Part shown: positions 10,718-21,773 of the stretch, piece by piece
How the letters are laid out: each line of letters starts with the position of its first letter
How positions within the stretch are numbered: the first letter of the stretch is position 1
Origin: an uncultured delta proteobacterium
GTDB taxonomy: Bacteria > Myxococcota_A > Polyangia > Fen-1088
Direction of reading: 5' to 3'
Length of the DNA stretch: 64,000 nt
Assembly (NCBI GenBank): GCA_963767925.1
Contig: CAVYGB010000002.1
Location: forward strand, 992,001 to 1,056,000
Notes under the pieces: generated by a model
What the model saw: the letters and a program-made list of their open reading frames with translations, nothing else
Told to the model about the DNA's origin: nothing
Databases searched by the model: none
Program-made: the position numbers and the translations under genes

Positions 10718-12199
10718 TCAGATCTTCACCTGCTTCCACTTGCCGCGCTTGAACAGGACGACGCCGATCACGGCCATGGTGCAGAAGGCGACTGTTATCG
10801 CGATGAACACGCCGGTGGGGCCCAGGCCCACGGGGTGTGACAGCACCCAGGCGAGGGGGATCTCCAGCACCCAGAAGCAGAAGAAGTTGATCCAGGTCGG
10901 GGTGCGGGTGTCGCCGGCCCCGTTGAAGGACTGGGTGACGACCATGGCGTAGGCGTAAAAGAGAAAACCCAGGGCGATGATGCGCAGGCCACGGCTGCCC
11001 CACAGGTGCACCACCGGGTCGGCGGTGAAGAGGCCCGCGATGGGTTCGGCGAACAGCACGAAGGCCAGGCCCCAGACCGCCAGGAAGCCGACGTTGTAAA
11101 GCGCCGCCCGCCAGACCGCCTGCTCGGCCCGATCGGGGCGGCCGGCGCCGAGGTTCTGGCCCACCAGGGTCGCGGCGGCGTTGGACATGCCGAACGAGGG
11201 CAGCAGGGCGAACATCACCACCCGCATCGCGATGCCGTAACCGGCGATCACCTGGCTGCCGAAGGTGGTCATCACCCGCACCAGCAGCACCCAGCTCGTC
11301 ATGCCGATCAGGAGCTGCAGCACGCCGCTGCGGGCGATCCGGATGATCGTGCCCATCGCTTCGCGGTCGAAGCCGAGGTGCTCGCGGCGGATCTGCACCC
11401 GGCCGTTGCCCCGGAACAACATGTAGAGCTGGAACAGCACGCCGCAGCCGCGGCCGATGGTGGTGGCCACCGCCGCGCCCATGACCCCGAGCTGCGGGAA
11501 GGGTCCCCAGCCGAAGACCAGGAACGGACACAGGACGATGTTGATGCTGTTCGCCAGCCACAACGTCCGCATGGAGAAGACGGCGTCGCCAGCCCCCCGG
11601 AAGACGGCGTTGAGCATGAACAGCATCACCACCGTCACGCACCCGCCCATCATGACGCGGGTGTAGCCCGCTCCGGTGGCCACCAGCGCGGGCGAGGCCC
11701 CCATCAGCGACAGCAACTTCGGCGCCAGGGCGACGCCGATGGTGCCGACGACGAGCGCGAACCCCAGGCCCAGCAAGATGGCCTGGACCGCCGCCCGGGC
11801 GGCCGCCTCCGGCTTCTTCTCGCCGGTGCGGCGGGCAACCACCGCGGTGGCCCCGATGCTGAGCCCGATGCAGAGCGCGTAGACGAGGGTCAGCCAGCTC
11901 TCGGTGAGCGTGACGGTGGCCTGCGCGTCGGGGCCCAGCTTGCCCACCCAGAACAGGTCCACCACCGCGAACAGCGACTCGGCGAACATCTCGATGACCA
12001 TCGGGACCGCCAGCAGCAGGAGCGAGCGACCCAGGGACTCCTTTGTGTAGTCGACCCGCGACCCGCGCACGGCGTCCCACACCAGCCGCCCCAGCCCCTG
12101 CTGCTTCGCTGCCGGGTCGGTGGCGGCCGGCACGACGGACCCCGGACCATCCCCTGCACGCCCGGCGTCACCGACGTTTCGAGTTTCTTCGATCGTCAT
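10718..12199 (-). CDS. MATE-family efflux transporter
   Basis: LLLAVPMVIEM..ESLFAVVD, FRGAGD, NIVLCP.LVFG and SFNGAGDTRTP; about 12 TM segments. Confidence 0.93.
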   Translation of the reverse strand: MTIEETRNVGDAGRAGDGPGSVVPAATDPAAKQQGLGRLVWDAVRGSRVDYTKESLGRSLLLLAVPMVIEMFAESLFAVVDLFWVGKLGPDAQATVTLTESWLTLVYALCIGLSIGATAVVARRTGEKKPEAAARAAVQAILLGLGFALVVGTIGVALAPKLLSLMGASPALVATGAGYTRVMMGGCVTVVMLFMLNAVFRGAGDAVFSMRTLWLANSINIVLCPFLVFGWGPFPQLGVMGAAVATTIGRGCGVLFQLYMLFRGNGRVQIRREHLGFDREAMGTIIRIARSGVLQLLIGMTSWVLLVRVMTTFGSQVIAGYGIAMRVVMFALLPSFGMSNAAATLVGQNLGAGRPDRAEQAVWRAALYNVGFLAVWGLAFVLFAEPIAGLFTADPVVHLWGSRGLRIIALGFLFYAYAMVVTQSFNGAGDTRTPTWINFFCFWVLEIPLAWVLSHPVGLGPTGVFIAITVAFCTMAVIGVVLFKRGKWKQVKI

Positions 12200-12386
12200 G
12201 GCGCGGGACCGTACGCGCCTCCGCCAAGAAGTGCAGCCTTGAAATTTCGCCGCGGTCCAACGAGTATGGTGATGGCCGCGGGCTTCGCGTCGCCCGCCGG
12301 GCCCACCCGAGGCGTAGGCGGAGCGGCGCTGGCAGCGCTCGAGGACGTCGACCACCGTGCGGCGGACCGTCACCGGCGGGCGCGGC

Positions 12387-15300
12387 TCAGGCGGTGGCGG
12401 CCTGCTCGTCGGGCAGCGCGGTCGGCTTGGGTCCGCCCCGGCGCCGGCCAAACCGGGCGCGGGCCTCGTTGACCACCACGTAGGAGACGGGGACCAGCAC
12501 GAGGGTCACCAGGGTGGAGGCGGTGAGCCCGCCGATCACCACCCGGGCCAGGGGGGCCTGGATCTCCGCCCCCGCGCCCAGCCCCAGGGCCATCGGCAAG
12601 AGGCCGATCACGGCGGTGGCCGTGCTCATGAGGATGGGGCGCAGCCGCAGGCGGCCGGCCTCGATCACCGCCTCGGCCGGGCCCAGGTGGCGCTCGCGGC
12701 GGAGCTGGTTGACCGTATCGACAAGCACGATGGCGTTGCTGACCACCACCCCCACCAGCATCACCAGGCCCATCACGCTCTGGATGTTGAGGCTGGTCCC
12801 GGTCAGCAGCAGGGCCGGGACCACCCCGATCAGGGCCACCGGCACCGACAACATGACGATCAGCGGATCGATCAGCCGCTCGAACTGGGCGGCCATCAAC
12901 ATGTAGACCAGCACGATGGCCATCGCGATGGCGATGATGAAGTCGCGCCGCGCCTCCTGCTGCTCCTGGTACTCCCCGGAGTAGACGATGGCGTAGCCCG
13001 GTGGCAGCACCAGGTCGCTCAGCGCTGCCTGCACCCGCTCGATGGCGTCGCCCTGGGCCACCCCCTCCTCGAGATTGGCGCTGACGTAGGTGACCCGCTG
13101 CCCGTCGACCCGGGAGATGCCGGTGGGGCCCCGGCTGCGCTCGCGCGTGACCACCGCCGACAGCGGCACCGCCGCCCCGGACGGCGTGCGCAGCGAGACC
13201 TGCTCCAGGTCCTGGGCGTACAGGCGATCTTCGGGCTTGAGGCGCACGAGGATGGGGTGCTCCTCCCCCTCGTCGCGCAGGCGCCCGGCCTCGATGCCGC
13301 CCACGTTGGCCTGCACCGCCCGGGCCACGTCGCGCACCGACAGGCCCAGCTCGGCGATGCGCTCGCGCTCGAACACCAGGCGCTCCTCGGGCCGCCCCTC
13401 GCGCCGGCTGACCCGCACCCCCGTCACCCCGGGCACCACCTGCATGCGGGCGCGCATCACGGCGGCGATCTGATCGGCCCGCTCGATGTCCCAGCCGCGC
13501 AGCTCGATCTGGATGGCGTCTTGCCCCTCGCCCGAGCTGAAGATCCGCCGCAGGATCCACAGGCCCGGCTGGGCGTTGACCGTCACCTCGCCGCCCGGGA
13601 TCTTCCCGGCCACCGCCGCTCGCAGCCGGTCGGCCACCTGGCCCCCGACATGGTCCGCTGCTCGCGCGGCACCAGGCGCAGCTCCACCTCGGCGTCGCCG
13701 CCCCGGATCTCGGTGGAGATCATGTCGACCTGGCCGGGCGGCAGCGCCGCCCGCACCCGCGACTCCAGCTCGTCGACGTAGGCCCGCACCACCGCCAGGT
13801 TGGTCCCCTGGGCCATCTCCAGCTCGACATCGACCTCGTCCGCGTCGGTCTGGGGCGTCAGCTCGACCGGGATGAGCGGCCACAGCGCCATCGCTCCCGC
13901 CACCAGCACCCCGGTCAGCAGGAACACCCGCCCGCGCCGGCCCAGCACCCGGCGGAGCAGCCGGCCGTACCAGCGCTCGAGCCGCACGGTGAGCCCCGGG
14001 CGCGCGCCCGCCCCGCCCCCGCCGCTCGGCCGGGCCCCCCCGGGATGCAGGAGCTGCGGCACCGAGCCGCCGCGCAACATGCGCGCCGCCAGCACCGGCA
14101 CCACCGTGAAGCCCACCACCAGCGAGCAGGCCTGGCAGAACACCACCACCAGGGCCAGCGACTGGAACAGCGACCCGCTGGTCGACTGCATGAAGACGAG
14201 GGGCAGGAACACCACGCAGGTGGTGAGGGTGGAGGCCAGCATGGCCCCCCCCATCTCGGAGGCCCCCACCGAGGCCGCCTCCTCGGGCGAAGCGCCCGTC
14301 TCCTCCCGCTTGCGGACGATGTTCTCCAGCACGACGACGGCGTTGTCGACCATCATCCCCACCCCCAGGGCCAGCCCCCCGAAGGTCATCTGGTTGAGGG
14401 TCAGCCCCCCGAAATACAGCAGGGCGAAGCAGGCGATGATCGAGACCGGGATCGAGATGGCGATGATGGCGGTGCTGGCCCCGCTGCGCAGAAACGCGTA
14501 GAGCACCAGGATCGCCAGCAGCGACCCCCACAGCGCGCTCGAGCGCACGTTGTCGATCGACTGGCGGATGAAGGTGCTCTGGTCGGAGAAGACCGTCAGG
14601 TGCAGGTCGTCGCGCTCGGTGTTGATCCGCTCGACCTCCTCCCGGATCCGCTGCGCCACCTCGACCGTGTTCGACCCGCTCTGCTTCTGGATCGCCACCG
14701 TGACCGAGGGGACCCCGTTGGCCTCGGCCAGATAGCGCACGTCCTCCCAGCCGTCGATCACGTCGGCCACGTCGCCCAGGTGGACCGGCTGCCCGGCCAC
14801 CGTGGAGATCACCGTCCGCGCGATCTCGGCCACCGTGCGGAACTCGCCCACCGGGCGCACATACAGGTCGGCCAGGCCCCCCTTGACGTTGCCCCCCGGC
14901 ACCGTGAGGTTCTCGCGGCGGAGCGCCGCCTCGACGTCGAGGGCGGTCATCCCCGCCGCCCGCAGCCGGTCGCGGTGCAGGTCGACCCGCACCTGGCGGC
15001 GGATCCCGCCCCACAGCTCGACCGCGCCCACCCCGGGGATCTGCTTGAAGCGGCGGGAGATCTCCCGCTCGAGGATGTGGGTCAGCTCCTCGAGGTGACG
15101 GGTGGAGGTGGCCACCAGGCCGACGACCTCGACGTTGTCGAAGTCGAACTTCATGATCTCGGGCTGGTCGGCCTCGGGCGGCAGGTCGTCCCGGATGCGG
15201 TCGAGGGCCGAGCGCAGGTCGTTGGCCGCCTCGTCGAGGTCGGTGCCCCGGGCGAAGTCGAGGCGGATCCGGCTCATCCCCTCCTCGGAGAACGAGCCCA

Positions 15301-15538
15301 GCCGCTCCAGGTTGGGCAGGCCGGCCACCACGTTTTCGATCCGGTTGGTGATGATCTGCTCGACCTCCTGGGGGCCGACGTTGGGATAGCGCACGCGCAC
15401 GGTGAGCTGCGTGAACTCGACCCTGGGCAGCAGGTCGACCGGCAGGCTGCGCCAGGAGACCACGCCGACGACGAGCAGGATGAGGTAGGCCATCAGGGTG
15501 GCCACCGGACGGCGCAACGACAGACGGGGGAGCGACAT
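12387..15538 (-). pseudogene. RND efflux permease (AcrB/CusA family), split by a 1-nt frameshift near 13640 (possibly a sequencing error)
   Basis: The 13583-15538 ORF (LPVDLLP, GMMVDNAVVVLENI) continues in another frame (MAAQFE, RLRPILMS, QAPLARVVIGGL). The junction ATGTCGGGGGCCAGGTG lacks one base. Confidence 0.88.
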
Positions 15539-15547
15539 GGTGGGGGC

Positions 15548-17014
15548 TCAGGGATGGGCGGACGGGGAGGTGCCGCCCGCGCCGCCGGTCGCCTCGGCCT
15601 CGGTCGGCGGGGGCGCAACCGCGGCCGCCGGGGGACGCCCGGTGCTGCTGTCCTGCTGCTGTTGCTGTTTGAGGAAAACGTCGGCGCTGGGCGGCTCGAC
15701 CCCGATGGTGCGGGCCAGCCGTTGCTGCTTCTCGAGGAACCGCGCCAGCAGGTCCTCCTGCTGCCGGGCCTGCAGCTCGAGCACGCGCTCCCACTGGGCC
15801 GGCCGCACCCGGGCCTGCGGCTTGTCGGCGGCGGCGGCCAGCAGGTGCTGGCCGATGGTGACGACCTGCTCGCCCTCGCGCACCCCCTCGACGCCGAGGG
15901 TGGCGCGCCCCTCGGCCAGGATCTCGATCGGCCGCAGGCGGGCCAGGTGGGGCCCCGTCTCGCCCCGGGCGCCGCGCGGGCGGTCGATGACGTAGACGCC
16001 GAGCAGCCCCGTGCGGGGGTCTTCCCACAGCGCGCTCACCGGGACCAGGGTGGCCAGCACGCTCTGCCCGTGGGCGATGTCGGCGGTGACGAACATGCCG
16101 GGCATCAGCCGGCCCTCGGTGTTGTCGACCTCCACCTCGGCGGTGGTGGTGAAGCTGCCCGCCGCCAGGAAGGGGGAGATGCGCGACAGCTTGGCCGCGA
16201 TCCGGCGGTTGCCCAGGGCTGCCCCGCCGATCTCGACCGGCATGCCCGCCTGCACCTGGGCCAGCATCTTCTCGGCGATCGGCAGGTCGATCACCACCTT
16301 GGTCAGGTCGCCGACCACGAACAGCACCGTGGCGGGCGTGACCAGCATGCCGACCTCGAGCGCGCGGCGGCCCACCCGCCCGGCGATCGGCGAACGCACC
16401 ACCGTCTTGTCGAGGGTCGACCGGCGCCCGCCCAGCGCGGCCCGGGCCTCCTGCGCCCGGGCGGTCGCCTGCTTGACGCTGGCCTGCGCCGCCGCGAGCT
16501 GCGCCTCCTGCGTCTCGCTCTCGAGGGCGCTGACGATGGCCTGCTCGGCCAGCTTGCGGGTGCGGGTCGTCTGCGCCTGCAGCTCGGTCACCCGCGCGCG
16601 CGCCGCCGCCGCCTCGGCCAGCGCGAGCTGCACGCTCGCCTGCCCCTCGCGCAGCGCCTGCCGTTGCACGTCGGGCTCCAGCCGGACGAGGGGCTGCCCC
16701 TTCTCCACCGCGTCGCCGCTCTCCACCAGGACCTCGGCGAGGACGGCGGTGATCTCGGGACGGATGTCGACCTGGCTCCGGGCCCGCACCACCCCGCTGA
16801 CCCGGTGGACCAGCGGCAACGACCCCCGGCGGGCGGGCAGCGCCTCGACGAGCGGGATCTGGGGAGGCTCCCGGCTGGGCGCGGCGGGCTCGCTCTTGCG
16901 CGCGCAGGCCGCGCCGCTCAGGACGGCGGCGGCGACAAGCGCGAAGCGCGCGGCGCGCGGGAGGCTGGAGGGATCATGCGAAGCACGGTTCGAGGGTCGG
17001 GCGTCTGGGGGCAT
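15548..17014 (-). CDS. RND efflux periplasmic adaptor (membrane fusion protein)
   Basis: VLVESGDAVEKGQPL, coiled coil, VRSPIAG and LMPGMFV; lipobox-like AAC. Start uncertain. Confidence 0.9.
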   Translation of the reverse strand: MPPDARPSNRASHDPSSLPRAARFALVAAAVLSGAACARKSEPAAPSREPPQIPLVEALPARRGSLPLVHRVSGVVRARSQVDIRPEITAVLAEVLVESGDAVEKGQPLVRLEPDVQRQALREGQASVQLALAEAAAARARVTELQAQTTRTRKLAEQAIVSALESETQEAQLAAAQASVKQATARAQEARAALGGRRSTLDKTVVRSPIAGRVGRRALEVGMLVTPATVLFVVGDLTKVVIDLPIAEKMLAQVQAGMPVEIGGAALGNRRIAAKLSRISPFLAAGSFTTTAEVEVDNTEGRLMPGMFVTADIAHGQSVLATLVPVSALWEDPRTGLLGVYVIDRPRGARGETGPHLARLRPIEILAEGRATLGVEGVREGEQVVTIGQHLLAAAADKPQARVRPAQWERVLELQARQQEDLLARFLEKQQRLARTIGVEPPSADVFLKQQQQQDSSTGRPPAAAVAPPPTEAEATGGAGGTSPSAHP

Positions 17015-17141
17015 CGGGAGGACACGGCTGGCGGGCGGGTGGCGCGGGCGGACGGAACGGCCCGACGCCCACGAAGTGCGAGAGGGTTTACTTTGATCAG
17101 ACCCTCGACGTTGACCCCGCCGGCCATGACGCGTGGTGTTT

Positions 17142-17708
17142 TCACGCCACGTTTACATCACCATCGGCCTTACCACCGGCGAGGTGCGCTTCCTTAACCC
17201 GCGCCTCGTGATCGAGCAACCACCGCTTCGCAACTTCTCCGCCGCCGTAGCCCGTCAAGCTGCCGTCGGCGCCGATGACCCGGTGGCAGGGGATGACGAT
17301 CGAGATGGGGTTACGCCCGTTGGCCGCCCCCACCGCCCGGCTGGCCGTCGGCTGCGCCACCGCGCGCGCCAGCTCGCCGTAGCTCCAGGTCCCGGCGTAC
17401 GGGATGTCGCGCAGCTTCCGCCACACCCGCTCCTGGAACGCCGTCCCCGCCGGCGCCAGAGGCAGATCGAAGGCCACCCGCTCGCCCGCGAAGTAGCCGC
17501 CAAGCTGCGCCTCCGCGGCGTCGAGCACGCTCCGGTCGGCCGGGTCGTCACCCGGCGCGGCGATCGGCGCCGGGGGATGTCGGGTCTCGGGCAGGTACAG
17601 CCCCGTCAGGGCTCCCCCCGCCGCGCGCAGCTCGATCGCCCCCAGCGGGGTCTCCACCCGACGGGTGGAGGTCCGGATCGATCGGGATGGGCTCACTTCG
17701 GTCTTCAT
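17142..17708 (-). CDS. ogt: Methylated-DNA-protein-cysteine methyltransferase
   Basis: GTAFQ, RAVGAANGRNP and active site IPCHRV. Confidence 0.95.
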   Translation of the reverse strand: MKTEVSPSRSIRTSTRRVETPLGAIELRAAGGALTGLYLPETRHPPAPIAAPGDDPADRSVLDAAEAQLGGYFAGERVAFDLPLAPAGTAFQERVWRKLRDIPYAGTWSYGELARAVAQPTASRAVGAANGRNPISIVIPCHRVIGADGSLTGYGGGEVAKRWLLDHEARVKEAHLAGGKADGDVNVA

Positions 17709-19348
17709 CGCGCATCTCCTTTCTCACGTTCGCTCGCTCGCTCGTTGCTTTGCTTCTTGGCGTGCATCTTCACGGGCGCCTTCGTGGACGCCTTCGTGGT
17801 CGTCTTTGCGGGCACCTTCGTGGGCGCCTTGGCGCGCGTCCTCCCCGGCGTCTTCGTTCGCCCGGTCGCCGGCGTCGGCGCGGGCGCCTCGCTCCTGGCT
17901 CCCCCCAGCGAGGACCACAGGTACATCACCGCGTACGAGCGCCAGGGCCGCCAGCGCTCCGAGCGCGCCTCGGCCTCGGCGGCGCTGACGTCGCCGAGGG
18001 CGCGGCGCACGCCGAGGTCGCCCGCCGGGAAGGCATCCGGGTTGCGGGCCGCGCGCATCGCCAGGTAGGCCGCCGTCCAGGGGCCGACGCCGGGCAGGGT
18101 CAGGAGCTGGGCGGTCACCGCCTCGGCGTCCGCCCCTTGCTCGGGCAGCGCCACCCGGCCGGTGGCGTAGGCCTCCGCCACCCCGCGCAGAGCCGCCGCC
18201 CGGGCGCGCGGCAACCCGATGGTGGCGATCGCCTCGGGCGCCACCCGCGCCAGCTCGGCCGCCGTGGGGAAGCGGTGGTGCAGGTGGGGGTCGTCGGTGC
18301 GCACCGGGTGGCCGAAGCGCTCGACAAGGCGGCCGGCCAGCGTCGTCGCCCCCCGCACCGAGACCTGCTGCCCCAGGATGGCCCGCGCCGTGGTCTCGAA
18401 GGGATCCACCGACCCCGGGACACGCAGCCCCGGTCGCGCCGCCAGCAGCGGCGCCAGCCGGGCATCCGCGGCCAGCGTGGCGGCGATGGCGTCCGGGCGG
18501 GCGTCGAGGTCGAACAGGTGGCGCAGCTTCGCCACCAGCTTCATGACCCCACCGATCAGCGACAGCGACGCCTCCACCCAGAGGGCGGGCCGGGCCGGGT
18601 CGGCGCGCACCGCGACCGTGCCGACCTTGCCGTCGACCTCGATCACCCGGCGGTAATGGCCGCCCCGATCGCCCTCGACCCGCTCGACCCCCGGGGTGGC
18701 GCGGTCACCAAGGAAGGCCAGCAGCCCCGCCCAGTCGAGCGGCGGGCGATAATCCAGGCGCAGCGACAGCGTGCGCGCCACCGCCTCGCTGCCATGGGCC
18801 CGGCGCAGCTCCCCCGGCGGGCGCCCGAAGCGCTCGCGAAACAGGGCGTTGAACCGGCGCACGCTCTGGAACCCGCTGGCGAAGGCGATCTCGGCCAGCC
18901 CCAGCCGGGTGTCCTGCAGCAGCCGCTTGGCCAGGGCCAGCCGCCGCGACTGCGCCAGCTCCACCGGGGATAGCCCGATCTGCTGCACCATGGCCCGCCG
19001 CAGGTGGCGCCCGGTCACCCCCAGGTCCTCGGCGAGCTGATCGACGTCGTGCTCGTTGAGGTACCCCTCGTCGATGCGGGCCACCGCGCTGGTCACCAGC
19101 CGCGGCAGCGCATCCGCCCCCGCCTGCCCCGGCGCCAGCTCCGGCCGGCAGCGGAAGCAGGCCCGGAACCCCGCCTTGTCCGCCGCCGCCGCCGAGGGGA
19201 AAAACGTGCAGCGGTCGCGCCGGGGCGTGCGCGCGCTGCAGATCGACCGGCAGTAGATCCCCGTGGTGCTCACCCCCACGAAGAACAGCCCATCGAAGCG
19301 CGCGTCCCGCGCCGCCATGGCCCGGTAGTACCCGTCCCCGTTCTGCAT
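17705..19348 (-). CDS. alkA: Ada-AlkA bifunctional regulator / DNA-3-methyladenine glycosylase II
   Basis: Ada Zn domain TTGIYC..C...FRACFRCRP, AraC HTH, AILGQQVS, HhH motif LPGVGPWTA and WRPWRSYA. Confidence 0.92.
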   Translation of the reverse strand: MQNGDGYYRAMAARDARFDGLFFVGVSTTGIYCRSICSARTPRRDRCTFFPSAAAADKAGFRACFRCRPELAPGQAGADALPRLVTSAVARIDEGYLNEHDVDQLAEDLGVTGRHLRRAMVQQIGLSPVELAQSRRLALAKRLLQDTRLGLAEIAFASGFQSVRRFNALFRERFGRPPGELRRAHGSEAVARTLSLRLDYRPPLDWAGLLAFLGDRATPGVERVEGDRGGHYRRVIEVDGKVGTVAVRADPARPALWVEASLSLIGGVMKLVAKLRHLFDLDARPDAIAATLAADARLAPLLAARPGLRVPGSVDPFETTARAILGQQVSVRGATTLAGRLVERFGHPVRTDDPHLHHRFPTAAELARVAPEAIATIGLPRARAAALRGVAEAYATGRVALPEQGADAEAVTAQLLTLPGVGPWTAAYLAMRAARNPDAFPAGDLGVRRALGDVSAAEAEARSERWRPWRSYAVMYLWSSLGGARSEAPAPTPATGRTKTPGRTRAKAPTKVPAKTTTKASTKAPVKMHAKKQSNERASEREKGDAR

Positions 19349-19424
19349 GGCGCCCGTTGTACCCCACCCCTTCCCCCCGATCTGGCCGTTTTCGGACCAG
19401 GGAGCAACATGCTCGATCTGGGGT

Positions 19425-19850
19425 AGCCGACGCACGCTCCGGCGCTACGTTCTGCGCGAGCTCGGCTGGCGCCAGAAGCAGCCCACGGTGCGGATCGACG
19501 ATCCGGCGCCGGGGCAGGTGGCACAGGTCGGCCTCGGGCTGATGGGGCACGATCATCGACGAAAAGGGCAAGCGGCGGAAGCTACTGATCGTGACGCTGT
19601 CGTCGAGTCGGCACATGTTCGTCCGGGGCCGACGCTGCCGCAGACGACCGATGAGGTGCGCTGGCTCGACGCCGCCTGGCGGTTTTTCGGAGGCGTGCCC
19701 AGGCACACGATCGTCGACCACGCGACCGCGATGATGATGCGCGCGAGCGCGCCGACCCCGGGCTCAATCGCAGCTTCCGCGAGTACGCCGAGTCTCCTAG
19801 CTTCTTCCCCGACACAGCCCGCGTGCGGCACCCCCACGCACAAGGCGGGC
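19425..19850 (+). mobile_element. Degraded IS21-family transposase (IstA) fragment
   Basis: Frame-broken segments TLRRYVLRELGW...TVRIDDPAPGQVAQV, LDAAWRFFGGVPRHTIVD and SFREYAES..FFPDTARVRHP. Confidence 0.8.
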
Positions 19851-20575
19851 AGCCGGCACCCACATCGAAGGGACTCGTCCTACGCCGATGGTGGCCCGAT
19901 CCGTTCTTCGTCGACGGTGCCATGGTGCTCGAACGGCGCATAACCATCAACGACCCGGCGGGCCAAGGGCCACTTGGGACCGGCATCTACAATCATGCCG
20001 CCGGCGTCACGACCCGCACCGTCCACGTCAGCAACCTGAGCGTCGGACAATCCCCGTAGAAGGGCCGGCACACGATCCGGCAAGGTATCCAGGTCACTGC
20101 GATTCAAGGCGAGCGCAAGCCACGTCTGCGCCGCATCCCGCCGCTCCGCCCCAGGACGACGAGCGCGGCTGCGACAGCTGGCGGGCCGCCGCCGTTCCGC
20201 GCTCTCGGAGAAGGTGGATAGGTATTTCAAGCCGCGAAACACATCGCGCCATCGATGTTCGAACAAGGGACCCTACGCCACCTACGCAGCCTCTCCCCGG
20301 TGGAAACCGGCCAGCCCCCACCAGTCGCCCGGGCGAGCGGACTCGCCCCCTTCCGATCCTTGCTCTCCCCCGGGGTGAAGGGGCATCCGTCAGGAAGAGG
20401 TGCACGTAGTTTACGCATGGGTCCTTACCGGACATTGCTAGCGCGACGTGTCTCGCCGCTCAAAGTACCTATCCAGTCACTGAGCCCAAGCTCTTGTCGC
20501 CTTGCGCTTTTCTGGCGCGTATCCCGTCTGCTGGCCTGTTAGGCTCGCCCCGTTCCAGCTAGGAGGACCATCCCC

Positions 20576-21763
20576 TTGATCGACGCCGATGAGCTTGCTC
20601 GTCTCCTTGGGGATCTTGAATCTGACCGCATAGAGCGGACGGAGTCGCTAAACAAAACGGACAAGTTCTGTAAGGCGATCTGCGCTTTCGCCAACGATAT
20701 GCCAGGCCATCGGCTGCCCGGCTATCTCTGCCTCGGCGTTGACAAGCATGGGTCCCCGACGAACGCTGTGATCGACGAACGCCTTCTCGAGACGTTGGCT
20801 GGCCACCGGGGTAATGGTCAGATCATCCCGATGCCGACCATGGAGGTGGCCAAGGTCAACTTCCAGGGCGTCCCCATCGCGGTCGTGAAGGTGCAGCCGT
20901 CCGACCTGCCGCCAGTACGCTATCAGATGCAGACTTGGATTCGTGTGGGACCGAGTGCCCGGCTCGCCACGCAGGAGGAAGAACGCCGGCTGACCGAAAG
21001 ACGGGTCGACCGAGCAAAAACCTGGGATTTGCAAGCCTGCGTCGGTGCGACGATGGAAGATCTCGCGCTTGACCTATTTCAGCTCACCTATCTACCCCAG
21101 GCCGTGTCGCGACAGGTGATTGAAGAAAACGGACGCCTCATCGAAGATCAACTTGGATCGCTCAGGTTTTTCCACAAGCCTCTTGCTGCACCGACGAACG
21201 CGGCGATTCTGCTCTTTGGCAAGGACCCTGAAACCTTCGTTCCTGGAGCCTACATCCAATACGTGCGCTACGACGGTGACAGCCAAGCTTGCGAGGTCCT
21301 GGTCGAGCGGCGGTTCTCGGGAGATCTGCTTCAAGTCATGCGAAGCCTGGATCAGATTGCGAAGGACGTGGCAAATGCCCGTCCCTTGCGCCAGGCAAAT
21401 CTCGCCGAAGTTACGGTACGAGACTATCCCGAAGTCGCCTTGCACGAGTTGCTGATGAACGCCGTGGTTCATCGAAACTACGACAACTCCACTACGCCTG
21501 TCTCCATCAACCATTTCTCGGATCGAATCGAAATTCAGAATCCCGGCTCTTTGTTCGGCGATCTGTCACGCGGGCAGTTTCCGAACGGCGTCTCGTATCG
21601 CAACCCCGTGCTCGCGGAAGCTGCCAAAACCCTCGGGTTTGTCAATCGCTTCGGCCGCGGCATCGCTGTGGCGCAACGCGCACTGCTTCAAAACGGGAGT
21701 CCGGCGCTTGAGTATGTGGTTGGCGACAACCACATGCTGATGACCCTGAAAAAGCGCTCATGA
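20576..21763 (+). CDS. Schlafen/AlbA_2 domain plus HATPase_c_4 (RecG-C-like) ATP-binding protein
   Basis: N-terminal ESDRIE, AICAFAN, G.L.LGVD; C-terminal YPEVALHELLMNAVVHRNY, DRIEIQNPG, YRNPVLAE and RFGRGI. AGGAGG RBS before TTG; lower GC. Confidence 0.88.
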   Translation: MIDADELARLLGDLESDRIERTESLNKTDKFCKAICAFANDMPGHRLPGYLCLGVDKHGSPTNAVIDERLLETLAGHRGNGQIIPMPTMEVAKVNFQGVPIAVVKVQPSDLPPVRYQMQTWIRVGPSARLATQEEERRLTERRVDRAKTWDLQACVGATMEDLALDLFQLTYLPQAVSRQVIEENGRLIEDQLGSLRFFHKPLAAPTNAAILLFGKDPETFVPGAYIQYVRYDGDSQACEVLVERRFSGDLLQVMRSLDQIAKDVANARPLRQANLAEVTVRDYPEVALHELLMNAVVHRNYDNSTTPVSINHFSDRIEIQNPGSLFGDLSRGQFPNGVSYRNPVLAEAAKTLGFVNRFGRGIAVAQRALLQNGSPALEYVVGDNHMLMTLKKRS

Positions 21764-21773
21764 AGATCAAGAG

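Noticed and set aside
13620..13660. Programmed ribosomal frameshift in the RND permease
   Set aside because: No canonical slippery heptamer; a single missing base beside a G/C run is more simply an error or mutation.
19425..19850. Active IS21 element
   Set aside because: Only a frameshifted internal part of istA is present; no istB or terminal repeats recognised.
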